A stretch of 64,000 nt of DNA from a virus (IMGVR_UViG_3300012953_000001:114430-178429), one strand, 5' to 3'. Positions 10,488 to 20,000 are shown, numbered from the stretch's first letter. Translations and numbers: made by a program. Notes: generated by a model not told the origin, from the letters alone.

Positions 10488-11635
10488 ATAGACCACCGGT
10501 CATTCTTTAGGCCTTCCTTCGTTCTCGGCGTAAGGTTTTGCCTATTGATCTGGGGTGTTGGGTAATACTCTCGGTATGGCATGGTTCCTCCGGAAGGAGT
10601 AGTCTTGCCAGTCTTACCGCCTAATCCGCCTTTGGCTTTAGGAGATTTGAGGAAAGCGCCCTTTGCTGCCTTAAGCCTATCGGTGAGACGGTTCTTGTCC
10701 CATGCTTTTTTGGCTTCCCAGCCCAGTACCCCTCCAGCAGCAGCGATTGCTGGTTTAGAGTTAACAAGCCTTGCAGCCATGCCACCCATTCTTCCGTAGT
10801 TTCTTCCAGCACGAGCAGCGAAAGTAGCCCCTCTGTTACCCCAAGTGGTAACAGGTGCTTTGATCCCAGTGCGTCCTCGCTTGAATCCCTCTTGCAAGCC
10901 TTTGCCAGCAGCCTGGGGGATTTGGCGGAGTCCAGTGGCCCCTGAGCGAACAGCAGCCTTTAGTCCTCTCCCTAATAAAGCCAAGTTTGCTGTCTTCACA
11001 GCGTCAACGCTCCCAGCCTTGCTCAACATAGTTAAGTAGGATCCTCCACGGACTTGCGAAGGGGGCGTAGGCGGCTTTATTGTTTTCGCCGCCGCGCTCA
11101 ATGCCCCAGATTGCGCCTTATGTATCCAGCTACTCTTAACCTTTATTGGTTTGCCTGTGGTGTCAGGTTGTCCATTGCTTCCTTTAGGTAATTTGTATGC
11201 ACCATAAGAGGACGCTTGCAGCGTGAGCGGGTGACCGCCCTGGGCGATTTTGCGTAATGCTGAATTTAGTTTCACTTTAGCTCCTGGAAAGACTGCGTCT
11301 TTGACCGGGTTTGGGTGCTCCCAGACCCTCTTCAGGGTTTTCTGGTAGCGCCCTTCTGGTTTTCTTGGTGTAGAGGATATTCCGCCACCACCTTTCATAA
11401 TATCCAGGTAACTTCCCCCACGCGCCTGCCCACGTTGCGCACCACCGCTGCTCCCTTTGGAAGCTGAGGCTACCGCCCTACTTAAGATCTTTGACGTGTC
11501 TTTTGTCTCTGGGTACTTCATTGGAGCGCCAGAGTACGGGTCTAACCCTGACTGCCTAAAAATTTCGAAGTCAGACTTGGCTAGCTTCTCAAAAGCATCG
11601 TTAATATATGCTAAGTAATACTGCTTAGTACTCAT
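10484..11635 (-). CDS. basic Gly/Lys-rich protein with AFEKLA leader
   Basis: 383 aa, strong AGGAGG SD, internal RGGSYL repeat (x2). Confidence 0.65.
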   Translation of the reverse strand: MSTKQYYLAYINDAFEKLAKSDFEIFRQSGLDPYSGAPMKYPETKDTSKILSRAVASASKGSSGGAQRGQARGGSYLDIMKGGGGISSTPRKPEGRYQKTLKRVWEHPNPVKDAVFPGAKVKLNSALRKIAQGGHPLTLQASSYGAYKLPKGSNGQPDTTGKPIKVKSSWIHKAQSGALSAAAKTIKPPTPPSQVRGGSYLTMLSKAGSVDAVKTANLALLGRGLKAAVRSGATGLRQIPQAAGKGLQEGFKRGRTGIKAPVTTWGNRGATFAARAGRNYGRMGGMAARLVNSKPAIAAAGGVLGWEAKKAWDKNRLTDRLKAAKGAFLKSPKAKGGLGGKTGKTTPSGGTMPYREYYPTPQINRQNLTPRTKEGLKNDRWSI

Positions 11636-11644
11636 TATTACCTC

Positions 11645-12061
11645 CTAATATCCAGAAGAAGCTGAAGCTACAGCAGCTTGTGCTTTTCCGCTAGTCCCAG
11701 TGCTCATTCGATCACCAGTTTTAATACGCATGTTAGAATCCTTCAATAGCTGATCTTTAACCAACCGGCTAAACGGTTCGAGAACTTTATTAGATGACAG
11801 CACTCGGTAAAAGCCAGCCATCTTAGACTGGTGTACCAGCAGAATATCAGGAGATACATACGCGAGGAAGCGTATATGGTGGGTTGCGGTGTCATAAGAG
11901 TAGGTCGTAAAGACCTCGTTCCTGTTCGGACCAATAGTTGTGTACTGTGCTGGTTCGCCCGAAAAAGGAGTCTGCTGAAACTGCCCCGTGCTGTTGTAGG
12001 TTTGTCGATTAACTCCATAGAAGTTAGTTACGACATCGAACTTGTTTGCGAGTGAAAACAT
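11645..12061 (-). CDS. tail-associated hypothetical protein
   Basis: 138 aa directly downstream of the tape-measure-like gene. Confidence 0.55.
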   Translation of the reverse strand: MFSLANKFDVVTNFYGVNRQTYNSTGQFQQTPFSGEPAQYTTIGPNRNEVFTTYSYDTATHHIRFLAYVSPDILLVHQSKMAGFYRVLSSNKVLEPFSRLVKDQLLKDSNMRIKTGDRMSTGTSGKAQAAVASASSGY

Positions 12062-12073
12062 TTATTACTCTCC

Positions 12074-15000
12074 TTAATTCTGTCCGGGCGGCTTCCAAGC
12101 CTTCAATTTGTCTGCCAATCCACTGAGTGCTGTTAAGACGCCCTGCACTGCTTCTTGGGCTCCTGCGCCTCCACCACCTCGGCCAGAAGTAGGATTAAGC
12201 GGAGCGAGGTTCGTTGATAGTCTTGTAATAAGCTGTTCACGCTTGGCCTTATCTCCGGCAGAGCCCGAGACAAGATCTTTACTCAGCCCTTCGACCTCCT
12301 CCTCTGTAGCAGTCTTGCCAGACTTGCGGAAGATATCCCTCGCGGTCTCATTTAGCATACTCTCCAGTCTAGTGGTTAGTTCGCCTTTACCAGAAGAGGG
12401 ATCTTTTAAGTACGCTTGTTCTTGCTTAGTCAGCTTATTGAATTTGGGGTTGTGCGAGATTGAGGACAAGAACTTCATGGGAGAGTCTTTCGCCTCTTCC
12501 CACTGTTTCGTGTAATAACGAACGTTTGCGCCAACAACTGCCGCTCTACCTGTAAAGGCTGTACCACCCTTAGCCAACGAAGTAATTGCCCGATCTTTAC
12601 CCTCATCGGTCATGTCATCGCCTAGGAACATCCCGGCGACTTTTTTCATTGCCTCGTTTTCATGGTCTTTAATCTTGAAGCCTGACGATGGATCGTAGCT
12701 TCCCTGACCTTTATTAAACTCCTCAAGGTGCTTAGAAAAAGCATTCTTGCTGGCGTACCCACCAGCCATCGCTGCCATTCTAGAGCCTGAGGTGGCTTGG
12801 ATTGACTCATCACCAAGAGCTTTTGTACGACCACCCAAGTAGCCGATGAGCTTTTTGCCCTCTTCACTGTCCTTGACCAGGGTGTCAAAGTTGGTTCCTT
12901 GGCCCCACCCGGCCTGCGCCAAAGACTTATTGGCACCCGTGTGAAGCATCAGTTTGTCATTGAGCGCACCGGGCTCTTTCATTTTATCAATAAAGTCGCC
13001 TGCGGTCATCTGGTCACCGGACCCAAATGCGCCACCAGTCTTAGCTAACGCTGCACTAAACCCTGGGACAGAACGAAACTCATCTATGTAGGAAGACCTC
13101 TGCGAAGTAGTAAGTTGGCCTCTAGCTCTATCCGCTTTTAACCTAGAAAGAATGCCCTGATACGGAGAACCCTCCGCGCCAGATAGTGTTCTATGAATTT
13201 CTGATAATACCGCGTTGTCTGTTTCTTGAGTGCCGGTGCCCCCGTAAGGGCTTTGCAAGCCTGAGCTGTTCATGCTCAACGCTTTAGCTGTGGGTGTGCT
13301 TGAGGCCCTGACTAGTTTTGTTATCTCTTCATGCGGGGCCAACCCATCCCCCTGCTTAAAGTCAGGATTCTTCATGTTTGTGAGATGCTTTGAGAGCGTC
13401 CCCTCATCTACCCCAAGTGTCGTAGACAGTCTTGATAAGGAATCACCAGACTGGTGCCCCAAAAGTTGCTCAGCAATTCGTTTTCCTTGATCGCCACCCT
13501 TACCCAAAAGAGCTGTGATGTGAGCACCTGTTCTGTGTCCAAGCATTGTTGTTGTTCTGTCCCGAGCAGACTCAGGGTCCATTCGATATTGAGCAGATGC
13601 CTGGAATCGTTTCTTGAGGCTTCCTTGGAACATCCCTTTTCCGGACATGTATTGGTAAGCCTGGGAACTGTTCGCACCGGTCTTCTCCATGAAGACCTTC
13701 ATTCTTCTCTCATCAGATACATTGCCCAGGGCAGCGATATCACCTGCCACGCTCGTGAGCCGTTGCTCTCCCCCTAAGGCATCTATCATAGCTGAGTGGT
13801 CTCCACCCATACCCGCTATGAGTTCATGGATTTTTTTCTGTCCTCCAGAGGTCAGGAATCCCTGCGTTCCACCATAGCCTTTGCCCCCATCTTCAAAGGT
13901 TCCGCCCAGTGGGGTAAGTCCTAATGCTTGAGCGGCCTCTGCATCAAGACCACCAACTGCTCCACCAACCTTGTGCCTCTCAGTGATGCTATCACCCAAA
14001 ACACCTACACCTTGAAGTGATTCAATTAGTCTTGCGTTATTACCAGTAATGGCTCCTGCGGAAATTCCCGACATCCCATACTGACGCATAGCTTCAGGAG
14101 CTTGGTTGGTTATCGCATCGTAAGCCATGAGTGGTACACCTACTGCCCCCAATGCACCGCCACCCATTCGTCCTAAGAATCCACCAACTCGTAAAGCACC
14201 ACCACCAAGTCTAGCTGTGCCACCAACTAGTCCGTGGCCACCCATGCCCATAAAACCAGAACCGCTACCACCAAAGAGACCAGTGTAACCAGAAGGGCCA
14301 CCGCCAGTTATGCGTTGACCAATGTTACTCATCACCGCACCGGTAGCGCCAAAGATATTTCGGCCACCGCCAAAACCTCTAAACGCTGACGCAAATGCGA
14401 GCCCTGTTTGTCCAGGCTGATATTGTTCCAACCCTAGACCGCCCATGGGGAGTTCACTAAATTGGGTGCCCCCTCCTAATCCAGGAAGTTGGAATCCCAT
14501 TGGTGTGAAGTCTCTTGCGAACTGCCCAGCCCAGGTAGTTGGGTTGGGGCGTCCACCAAGTTGCATGCCTGCTTGACCGCCAATTGCTTGGGTTAGTCTG
14601 TTGCTCCATTGATTAAGAGCACTAGTATTACCTGTCCAAGATAAGTTCTGAATCTGGCTAGACCATCCTCGACCTTCTGTTCTAGAGAATGCTCCCGAGC
14701 CACCTTGCCCGGTCAATTGCGTGTTAACATCCTGCACGGCATCTTGGTAATATTGAGTCATGCTTGCGCCGAGTTTTTGGAACTGCTGGCGCACCGGCTT
14801 GGTCAATTCACTAACAGCCTTGCTCATGATATCGGTGATGCCCATCATCCCACCGCTACCTTCTTTGAACCCGGCTCTCGCTTCTTCAAGCATCTTCTGT
14901 CGGAGTGGTCCGGTACTACTAGACAACATCTCCATTGCTCGATGGTCGTTTCGGGTCAGCCCGGTCATCTGTCTAATCATTGACTCGGGCGAACTGCTCC

Positions 15001-16234
15001 GGTTGGCCAAGCTTCGGAGAGGAGAGGCGATGGCTTGGGGTCCGAACTCAGAAATAAACTGCCCAGCTAACTCACCCCCTCGTGCGTTAAGCATGTCACG
15101 GGCCCCGGCCCCTTGAATGTTCTGGTTGTACAGTCCCTGAATTTGTTTCCAGGAGTACCCACCACCAGCAATTCGACCAGCAATGTCAGAGTCGAACTCT
15201 CCTGTGGGGGTCATCATCGCCCCTAAAACTGTTCTACCGTTCCTAGACCCTAGGAATCTCGTAGCTGCTCCTGTATATCTACCCTGCGCTGCACCAGTGA
15301 TACCTTTAATGAGGTTATTACGTTCCGTATACCCATAGACACCTGCACTAACCATAGCCCCGGTAGCTGCTTGTCCCATATCAATGCCAGCGGCTTGTCC
15401 GAAGTTAGCTCCTGCTTGTGCTACTCCCATCATGCCAGCAGGAGAGATATTTGATGCTTGTCCAATTCCCTTCATGGTTCCTAAGAACCCAGCAGCCTGA
15501 TCTCCTGTTATCCCCATACCACTAACAGACTGCATTGCCTGTTGTGCTTGTTGTAATGAGGTATTCATCACAGTGGCTACTTGACGAACGTTGCTCATTA
15601 ATTTGTTAAAGGACTGGGAAAATTGTGTGAGTGTACTTGTGTCAATCGCTCCGCTATGAACACCTTGTTGCATTACAGAGGTAATCTCGCGAAGATTCCC
15701 CATACCCATACGAGCTTGCGACTCTACTTGAGCAGACATCATGCCTAGCCCTTGAGAGTTCATGCCCGGGAACATCTGTCCCATTTGGGAATTAAGCATC
15801 CCGCGATTTTGTGCACCCGCAACCATGTGGTTGGTAGCCCAACTACCCATGGCACCCATACCCATGTATGCGCCCATTGCTGCGCCACCCATTCCGATGG
15901 CACCTGCTAATCCTTGTCGGGCGAATCCTTGACCACCCATATGCATGGACATGGTAAACGGGTCGAGTTGTCGTGGACCGAAACCGAACATGGACATCAT
16001 GCCCAGTCCGCCCATAGCCATACCCGGCATACGAGCCATCCCACCGCCTACACTACCGGCATGAAGACCCATCTGTGCTTGGTGGGTAGACTGTCTTGGG
16101 TCATTTACACCCATTCCACCATGACTCTGGTAACCGTACTGCGCGGAAACCGCATGAGCATACGCGGCTGAGGCACTAAACATCCCTACCTGGGACTGAA
16201 TAATGCCGCTGATCTCGGTACTACTAATTGGCAT
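12074..16234 (-). CDS. tail tape measure-like protein
   Basis: 1386 aa, Gly/Ala/Met/Gln-rich and helical, upstream of tail/baseplate genes. Confidence 0.65.
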   Translation of the reverse strand: MPISSTEISGIIQSQVGMFSASAAYAHAVSAQYGYQSHGGMGVNDPRQSTHQAQMGLHAGSVGGGMARMPGMAMGGLGMMSMFGFGPRQLDPFTMSMHMGGQGFARQGLAGAIGMGGAAMGAYMGMGAMGSWATNHMVAGAQNRGMLNSQMGQMFPGMNSQGLGMMSAQVESQARMGMGNLREITSVMQQGVHSGAIDTSTLTQFSQSFNKLMSNVRQVATVMNTSLQQAQQAMQSVSGMGITGDQAAGFLGTMKGIGQASNISPAGMMGVAQAGANFGQAAGIDMGQAATGAMVSAGVYGYTERNNLIKGITGAAQGRYTGAATRFLGSRNGRTVLGAMMTPTGEFDSDIAGRIAGGGYSWKQIQGLYNQNIQGAGARDMLNARGGELAGQFISEFGPQAIASPLRSLANRSSSPESMIRQMTGLTRNDHRAMEMLSSSTGPLRQKMLEEARAGFKEGSGGMMGITDIMSKAVSELTKPVRQQFQKLGASMTQYYQDAVQDVNTQLTGQGGSGAFSRTEGRGWSSQIQNLSWTGNTSALNQWSNRLTQAIGGQAGMQLGGRPNPTTWAGQFARDFTPMGFQLPGLGGGTQFSELPMGGLGLEQYQPGQTGLAFASAFRGFGGGRNIFGATGAVMSNIGQRITGGGPSGYTGLFGGSGSGFMGMGGHGLVGGTARLGGGALRVGGFLGRMGGGALGAVGVPLMAYDAITNQAPEAMRQYGMSGISAGAITGNNARLIESLQGVGVLGDSITERHKVGGAVGGLDAEAAQALGLTPLGGTFEDGGKGYGGTQGFLTSGGQKKIHELIAGMGGDHSAMIDALGGEQRLTSVAGDIAALGNVSDERRMKVFMEKTGANSSQAYQYMSGKGMFQGSLKKRFQASAQYRMDPESARDRTTTMLGHRTGAHITALLGKGGDQGKRIAEQLLGHQSGDSLSRLSTTLGVDEGTLSKHLTNMKNPDFKQGDGLAPHEEITKLVRASSTPTAKALSMNSSGLQSPYGGTGTQETDNAVLSEIHRTLSGAEGSPYQGILSRLKADRARGQLTTSQRSSYIDEFRSVPGFSAALAKTGGAFGSGDQMTAGDFIDKMKEPGALNDKLMLHTGANKSLAQAGWGQGTNFDTLVKDSEEGKKLIGYLGGRTKALGDESIQATSGSRMAAMAGGYASKNAFSKHLEEFNKGQGSYDPSSGFKIKDHENEAMKKVAGMFLGDDMTDEGKDRAITSLAKGGTAFTGRAAVVGANVRYYTKQWEEAKDSPMKFLSSISHNPKFNKLTKQEQAYLKDPSSGKGELTTRLESMLNETARDIFRKSGKTATEEEVEGLSKDLVSGSAGDKAKREQLITRLSTNLAPLNPTSGRGGGGAGAQEAVQGVLTALSGLADKLKAWKPPGQN

Positions 16235-16244
16235 GTGTTATCTC

Positions 16245-16718
16245 CTAGCCCGCAAGCTTAATGGCAAGTCTCCTACCGGGAGGAGTGTCTGATGGTCTAT
16301 ACACAGTCTTAACAACATGCCTAGATTCCTTCTTGCCAACATCACCGATTATGGCGTGGCCGCGCCCGGGCCATGTGTAATGGTACGTCATTCCTTTACG
16401 CAGTCGCAGCTTCATCAAAGATTTACGTAGCCTATTGATCTCGTCTTGAGATACTTGCGAACGCTCATTGGCACGTTGTTCCACATGCCCAATCCTGGCC
16501 CTCGCTGTCTTCTTCTTTGCTCGATCAAGGATTGCCCGCTTCATTGCAGACAATTGCTTTGGGCTCATCTTATCCAAACAAGACTTACCGGTTAGCTGCT
16601 TAGACCAGCGCTTAAACTTGGGGTCATCGTCCCAAGGTATCCCAGCCTTCGTTGCTAACCTATGTATCTCTTTTTTGCTCGCCATCCAAAGCTCCCTGCC
16701 TACCGCAGTATATGTCAT
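16245..16718 (-). CDS. GemA-like N-terminal domain plus putative RNase-like C-terminal domain
   Basis: IH.LA..GI.WD..F...LTGK..L..MS..QL, then KKTA, then GHVEQRANER..AIIG..VVKTV. Start may be ATG 16685. Confidence 0.4.
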   Translation of the reverse strand: MTYTAVGRELWMASKKEIHRLATKAGIPWDDDPKFKRWSKQLTGKSCLDKMSPKQLSAMKRAILDRAKKKTARARIGHVEQRANERSQVSQDEINRLRKSLMKLRLRKGMTYHYTWPGRGHAIIGDVGKKESRHVVKTVYRPSDTPPGRRLAIKLAG

Positions 16719-16732
16719 TTATTAGGTATAAG
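16705..16732 (+). promoter_or_regulatory. phage promoter-like motif GCAGTA-N14-GGTATAAG
   Basis: Instance of the recurrent motif upstream of 16811. Confidence 0.45.
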
Positions 16733-16810
16733 CACCATGAGTTCTAATACATGGAACTCACTATGTTCAACTGCGGAGATAAACTCTCCCTTATATTAAA
16801 GGAGTCTACT

Positions 16811-16951
16811 ATGGACTGGAAAGAAGTAGGAAAGGTTGTTTTCTTTGGCATCGTTGTTCCTGTAGCTGTGCAAGTCGCGTCACAGTTAGCAGCAGCGTGG
16901 GCTGAAGAAGCAACCCGTAAATCGAAGAATCCTATAAATATTAACCTGTAA
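16811..16951 (+). CDS. small membrane protein
   Basis: AAAGGAG SD, ATG 16811, hydrophobic helix. Confidence 0.6.
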   Translation: MDWKEVGKVVFFGIVVPVAVQVASQLAAAWAEEATRKSKNPININL

Positions 16952-17313
16952 TGCTTATCGCACTACTAGTTTCCTTTGGGGTTCTTCTTATCACATGGGC
17001 ACTTATTTACCCAGGTGGCCCGCTGGGATATTATCTACTTTACAGAGTGTCGAGCTTCCTCGGAAAATGCTTGGATGACAATGAGAGCGCCTTTACCCAT
17101 GTAGATGGGTTTGGTGCCTTATGTGTGGTGTTTCCAAATAATATGTTTTGGATCAACCATAAAAAGAGAACACACCATTTATTATTAGAGGAACTAGCCA
17201 AGGCAGTAGCTATGCACCGGGGCTATAAGAATGGTGTGGCCAGGGTGACTGAGACGGATACGTCTTTTCGGTTCACTGGTGGTACGCGACCTTCGATTAA
17301 AAGCATTCTGTAA
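16951..17313 (+). CDS. membrane-anchored hypothetical protein
   Basis: TAATG overlap; N-terminal TM helix. Confidence 0.6.
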   Translation: MLIALLVSFGVLLITWALIYPGGPLGYYLLYRVSSFLGKCLDDNESAFTHVDGFGALCVVFPNNMFWINHKKRTHHLLLEELAKAVAMHRGYKNGVARVTETDTSFRFTGGTRPSIKSIL

Positions 17314-17370
17314 ATCGCGACATGTGCTGGGGGCGTAGGGTTCCTGCGCTCCCGCACGCCTATGTGATCC

Positions 17371-17399
17371 GCAAAATTGAGCACCCTTCTTGGCATAAG
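17371..17399 (+). promoter_or_regulatory. phage promoter-like motif GCAAAA-N15-GGCATAAG
   Basis: Consensus instance upstream of 17446. Confidence 0.6.
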
Positions 17400-17445
17400 A
17401 ATGATGGAAAGAACAACCACCAGTCGTTTTCCTTAGGAGGGAAAA

Positions 17446-17805
17446 ATGCTCACAGACGTAACACAACAACAACTTTCTACCGATGGCATCAAGCTCCGTG
17501 GAGGAGTGTTCCTGGACGACCAGGATCTCCTTGATGTTATCTCCCTAGCGGAGTTTGTGGAGGACCATCCTCGTGATGGCCACTACTACGTTGGGATGGA
17601 TGGATGGGAAACCATTCGGAAGAATCTACCGGGCTCTAGGCAGTACCGGGGCCTTTCCGAGGATCTTCCCACTGTCCACGCCGCACTGCTATCGGATGGC
17701 CGATGGCTGCTGTGGTGCTCGAAGACGCGTTTCGCTCCCGCGTATTTCGAGGTTCGTATCCCTAAGCCAACTTCATCTGACCGGTTCGGTCTTAAGAGTT
17801 GGTAG
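17446..17805 (+). CDS. hypothetical protein
   Basis: AGGAGG SD, 119 aa. Confidence 0.6.
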   Translation: MLTDVTQQQLSTDGIKLRGGVFLDDQDLLDVISLAEFVEDHPRDGHYYVGMDGWETIRKNLPGSRQYRGLSEDLPTVHAALLSDGRWLLWCSKTRFAPAYFEVRIPKPTSSDRFGLKSW

Positions 17806-17865
17806 GAGCCCCGTCCACGTATGGTGGACTCCAAACGTGCAGAGTCCTTCTCCGCACGTTTTTAC

Positions 17866-18057
17866 TTAGTCATCGCCCCAAGTATTGTCTATCCAATCTG
17901 GTTTATCAATCTTCTCAAGCTGGATGTCTTCGTACTCAGGATGAACATCAAAGAGAACCTCTAAGATCCTCTCTTTAGGGTAAGGAGCCTGGACCACAAA
18001 AGATTGTTCTGTTCTGGTCTCTGCATTAAATACAGTGGCCCTATAAAAAAGCATCAT
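17866..18057 (-). CDS. small acidic hypothetical protein
   Basis: 63 aa, in tandem with 18060..18428. Confidence 0.55.
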   Translation of the reverse strand: MMLFYRATVFNAETRTEQSFVVQAPYPKERILEVLFDVHPEYEDIQLEKIDKPDWIDNTWGDD

Positions 18058-18059
18058 GT

Positions 18060-18428
18060 TTAGATCTCTTCTGTATTATTGATATATTGATGGGCAGGCT
18101 TTCCCTTTTTAGGTGGGGGCACTGGGGTATTGATAACATTCGGGGGGAGTACCTTTCTCAACTCTTTGGGCGGTTTAAGCGCTTGGCAATCCATTGTTCG
18201 TTCCTGCTTCACCCGAAAGGCCACACCTTTATCTGCTAGCTCTTTCACGCTCTTCCCTTTGGGGTTACCTTCGGTAACCACCGCCACCCCCTGTGATACT
18301 TCAATATTTGTCCATTGGCAAATATATGTGGTTGTTTCAGGGGTGTTTTGGAGAGGTTTAGGCGGCGTACAGCAAGCAGAGCTAACTACTAATAAAATGA
18401 CAAATACCTGTGGTGCTATACGCCTCAT
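18060..18428 (-). CDS. putative lipoprotein
   Basis: MRRIAPQVFVILLVVSSAC signal peptide with a lipobox-like Cys. Confidence 0.5.
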   Translation of the reverse strand: MRRIAPQVFVILLVVSSACCTPPKPLQNTPETTTYICQWTNIEVSQGVAVVTEGNPKGKSVKELADKGVAFRVKQERTMDCQALKPPKELRKVLPPNVINTPVPPPKKGKPAHQYINNTEEI

Positions 18429-18500
18429 AACTAATAATACACACGGTAATAAGCTAAGTAGAAGATCTTGATTTATATTTTTATCGTGTCTGTGTATTAC

Positions 18501-18529
18501 GCGAAATACACTGTCAGTATTGGTATAAG
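18501..18529 (+). promoter_or_regulatory. phage promoter-like motif GCGAAA-N15-GGTATAAG
   Basis: Upstream of the CCA enzyme gene. Confidence 0.6.
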
Positions 18530-18576
18530 AACTATGCAGGGAAGTACTCTGTAACTTTGGTTAAAAGGAGAAGGAC

Positions 18577-19317
18577 ATGACTGTTCAACTATTTGAAGTG
18601 GGTGGTAGTATCCGCGACGAGATTCTCGGACTCGAAAACAAAGACCGAGACTTCGTAGGCGTCTGCCCCGAGGGGTGGGACGGTCTACTTTCTTGGGCAA
18701 ACGAGACACTGGACAAAGTGTTTCTTGTAGCGCCCGAGTACTTCACTATTCGTGGCATCTTAGACAAAGAAGTGTTCGACATCGTTCTTGCTCGCAAGGA
18801 TGGTGCGTACAGTGATGGAAGACGGCCCGATGAGGTGGAGCCCGGAACACTAGAGGACGATCTGGCGCGTCGAGATTTCACGATGAACGCCATTGCTCGC
18901 TCTGTAGATACGGGTGAAGTGTTTGACCCTTTCAATGGGATATCGGATGTCCGCAGTGGGGTCATCCGTTGTGTGGGCAATCACGAGAATAGGATTGAGG
19001 AAGATTCTCTAAGGATCTTACGTGCCCTGAGGTTCATGCTCACAAAGGGCCTGTCTTTGGACAGCCACCTAACAGCAATGATTCATCAGGACAGGTTGGC
19101 CTATGACTGTGACGGTTGTGAGGATTGTCCTCGCATATCCGAGCTTCTAAATAACGTAAGTCGAGAACGTGTTCGTGAGGAGATCGCGAAAATGTTTAAA
19201 GCAGACTCTTTGCTTTCAGCAAGGATCCTATTCGACGAGCGACTTGTTCACGTGGACCTTCAGACAGCAATCCTTGGGGATGACATCTGGCTGAAGCCCA
19301 CAATGGAAAGAAGGTGA
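18577..19317 (+). CDS. cca: tRNA nucleotidyltransferase (class II CCA-adding/poly(A) polymerase family)
   Basis: GGSIRDEILG..KDRDF, RRDFTMNAIA and EDSLRILRALRF motifs; short phage-type form. Confidence 0.9.
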   Translation: MTVQLFEVGGSIRDEILGLENKDRDFVGVCPEGWDGLLSWANETLDKVFLVAPEYFTIRGILDKEVFDIVLARKDGAYSDGRRPDEVEPGTLEDDLARRDFTMNAIARSVDTGEVFDPFNGISDVRSGVIRCVGNHENRIEEDSLRILRALRFMLTKGLSLDSHLTAMIHQDRLAYDCDGCEDCPRISELLNNVSRERVREEIAKMFKADSLLSARILFDERLVHVDLQTAILGDDIWLKPTMERR

Positions 19318-19320
19318 CTT

Positions 19321-19446
19321 ATGGACTTTAGATACATCATCGCAGCAGTTGTTGGTGTCGTTCTTTTACGAGACCTGTACGACACATACCGGAGAATCCA
19401 GGATGACAAAGAGTACGAACAAGAAACGGAAAGCGAAGAGTATTAA
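19321..19446 (+). CDS. 41-aa membrane peptide
   Basis: Hand-translated MDFRYIIAAVVGVVLLRDLYDTYRRIQDDKEYEQETESEEY, 3 nt after the cca stop. Confidence 0.5.
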   Translation: MDFRYIIAAVVGVVLLRDLYDTYRRIQDDKEYEQETESEEY

Positions 19447-19591
19447 ATCTCGAAGCTTGCCTGCTCTCGGCTTAGCCCTCCGAACGGGGGGCTTTGCTGG
19501 GAAGCACCATACCCGGGACAGAGATGTTCTTCGGGGTTCAAGCCGAAAGGCAAAACACAAGGAGCGGTTAGGAACCTATGTTGAAGACTAA
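19403..19591 (+). CDS. 62-aa highly basic peptide (ArfA-like, tentative)
   Basis: GGAG SD; ALRTGGFAGKH..SRKAKHK. Confidence 0.45.
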   Translation: MTKSTNKKRKAKSIKSRSLPALGLALRTGGFAGKHHTRDRDVLRGSSRKAKHKERLGTYVED

Positions 19592-19617
19592 CCCTCCTTT
19601 TTACTAGGAGGTTTCCC

Positions 19618-19710
19618 ATGGAAACTAGATGCACAGAAGGACTACTAGTTTTTCTAGGAATGATGGTTTTAATTATCACATATGTCTTATCACCATCTGA
19701 GCTTGGTTAA
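19618..19710 (+). CDS. 30-aa membrane peptide
   Basis: AGGAGG SD; METRCTEGLLVFLGMMVLIITYVLSPSELG; stop overlaps the next ATG. Confidence 0.5.
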   Translation: METRCTEGLLVFLGMMVLIITYVLSPSELG

Positions 19711-20000
19711 TGGAGAACATAAGTCCTTGTATGGGCAGCGGATACTGCTGCTGGAAGGTTTTATGTCCTATAGGAGTAGATAGGCACGGACCACAGTCTG
19801 GTCCGTGTCCATCACTCACCTTCAAAGATGGTCGCCACTGGTGTGGTGTAGTTCTGGATGCAAAAACAGAGGAGGAGAAATCATGGCTAATCGAGACCTT
19901 GTCCGTAGGGGCGGGATGTTGCAGCGCAATGAACAGTTGGCGGAGGGAGCCGATCATAGATCGGACGAAGTACCGCTACCCAGACCGGAATTCGTCTTAG
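19710..20000 (+). CDS. Cys-rich metal-binding protein (YkgJ-like)
   Basis: C-x2-SGYCC..C..CPSL..C..GCC. Confidence 0.55.
   Translation: MENISPCMGSGYCCWKVLCPIGVDRHGPQSGPCPSLTFKDGRHWCGVVLDAKTEEEKSWLIETLSVGAGCCSAMNSWRREPIIDRTKYRYPDRNSS

Noticed and set aside
131-16171. Numerous 60-190 aa plus-strand and alternate-frame ORFs in the tail block
   Set aside because: They are shadows of long minus-strand genes, lack SD sequences and have non-protein-like composition.
12074-16234. Gly/Met-rich low-complexity stretches as a repeat element
   Set aside because: Ordinary compositional bias of tape-measure-like proteins; no exact nucleotide repeat unit.
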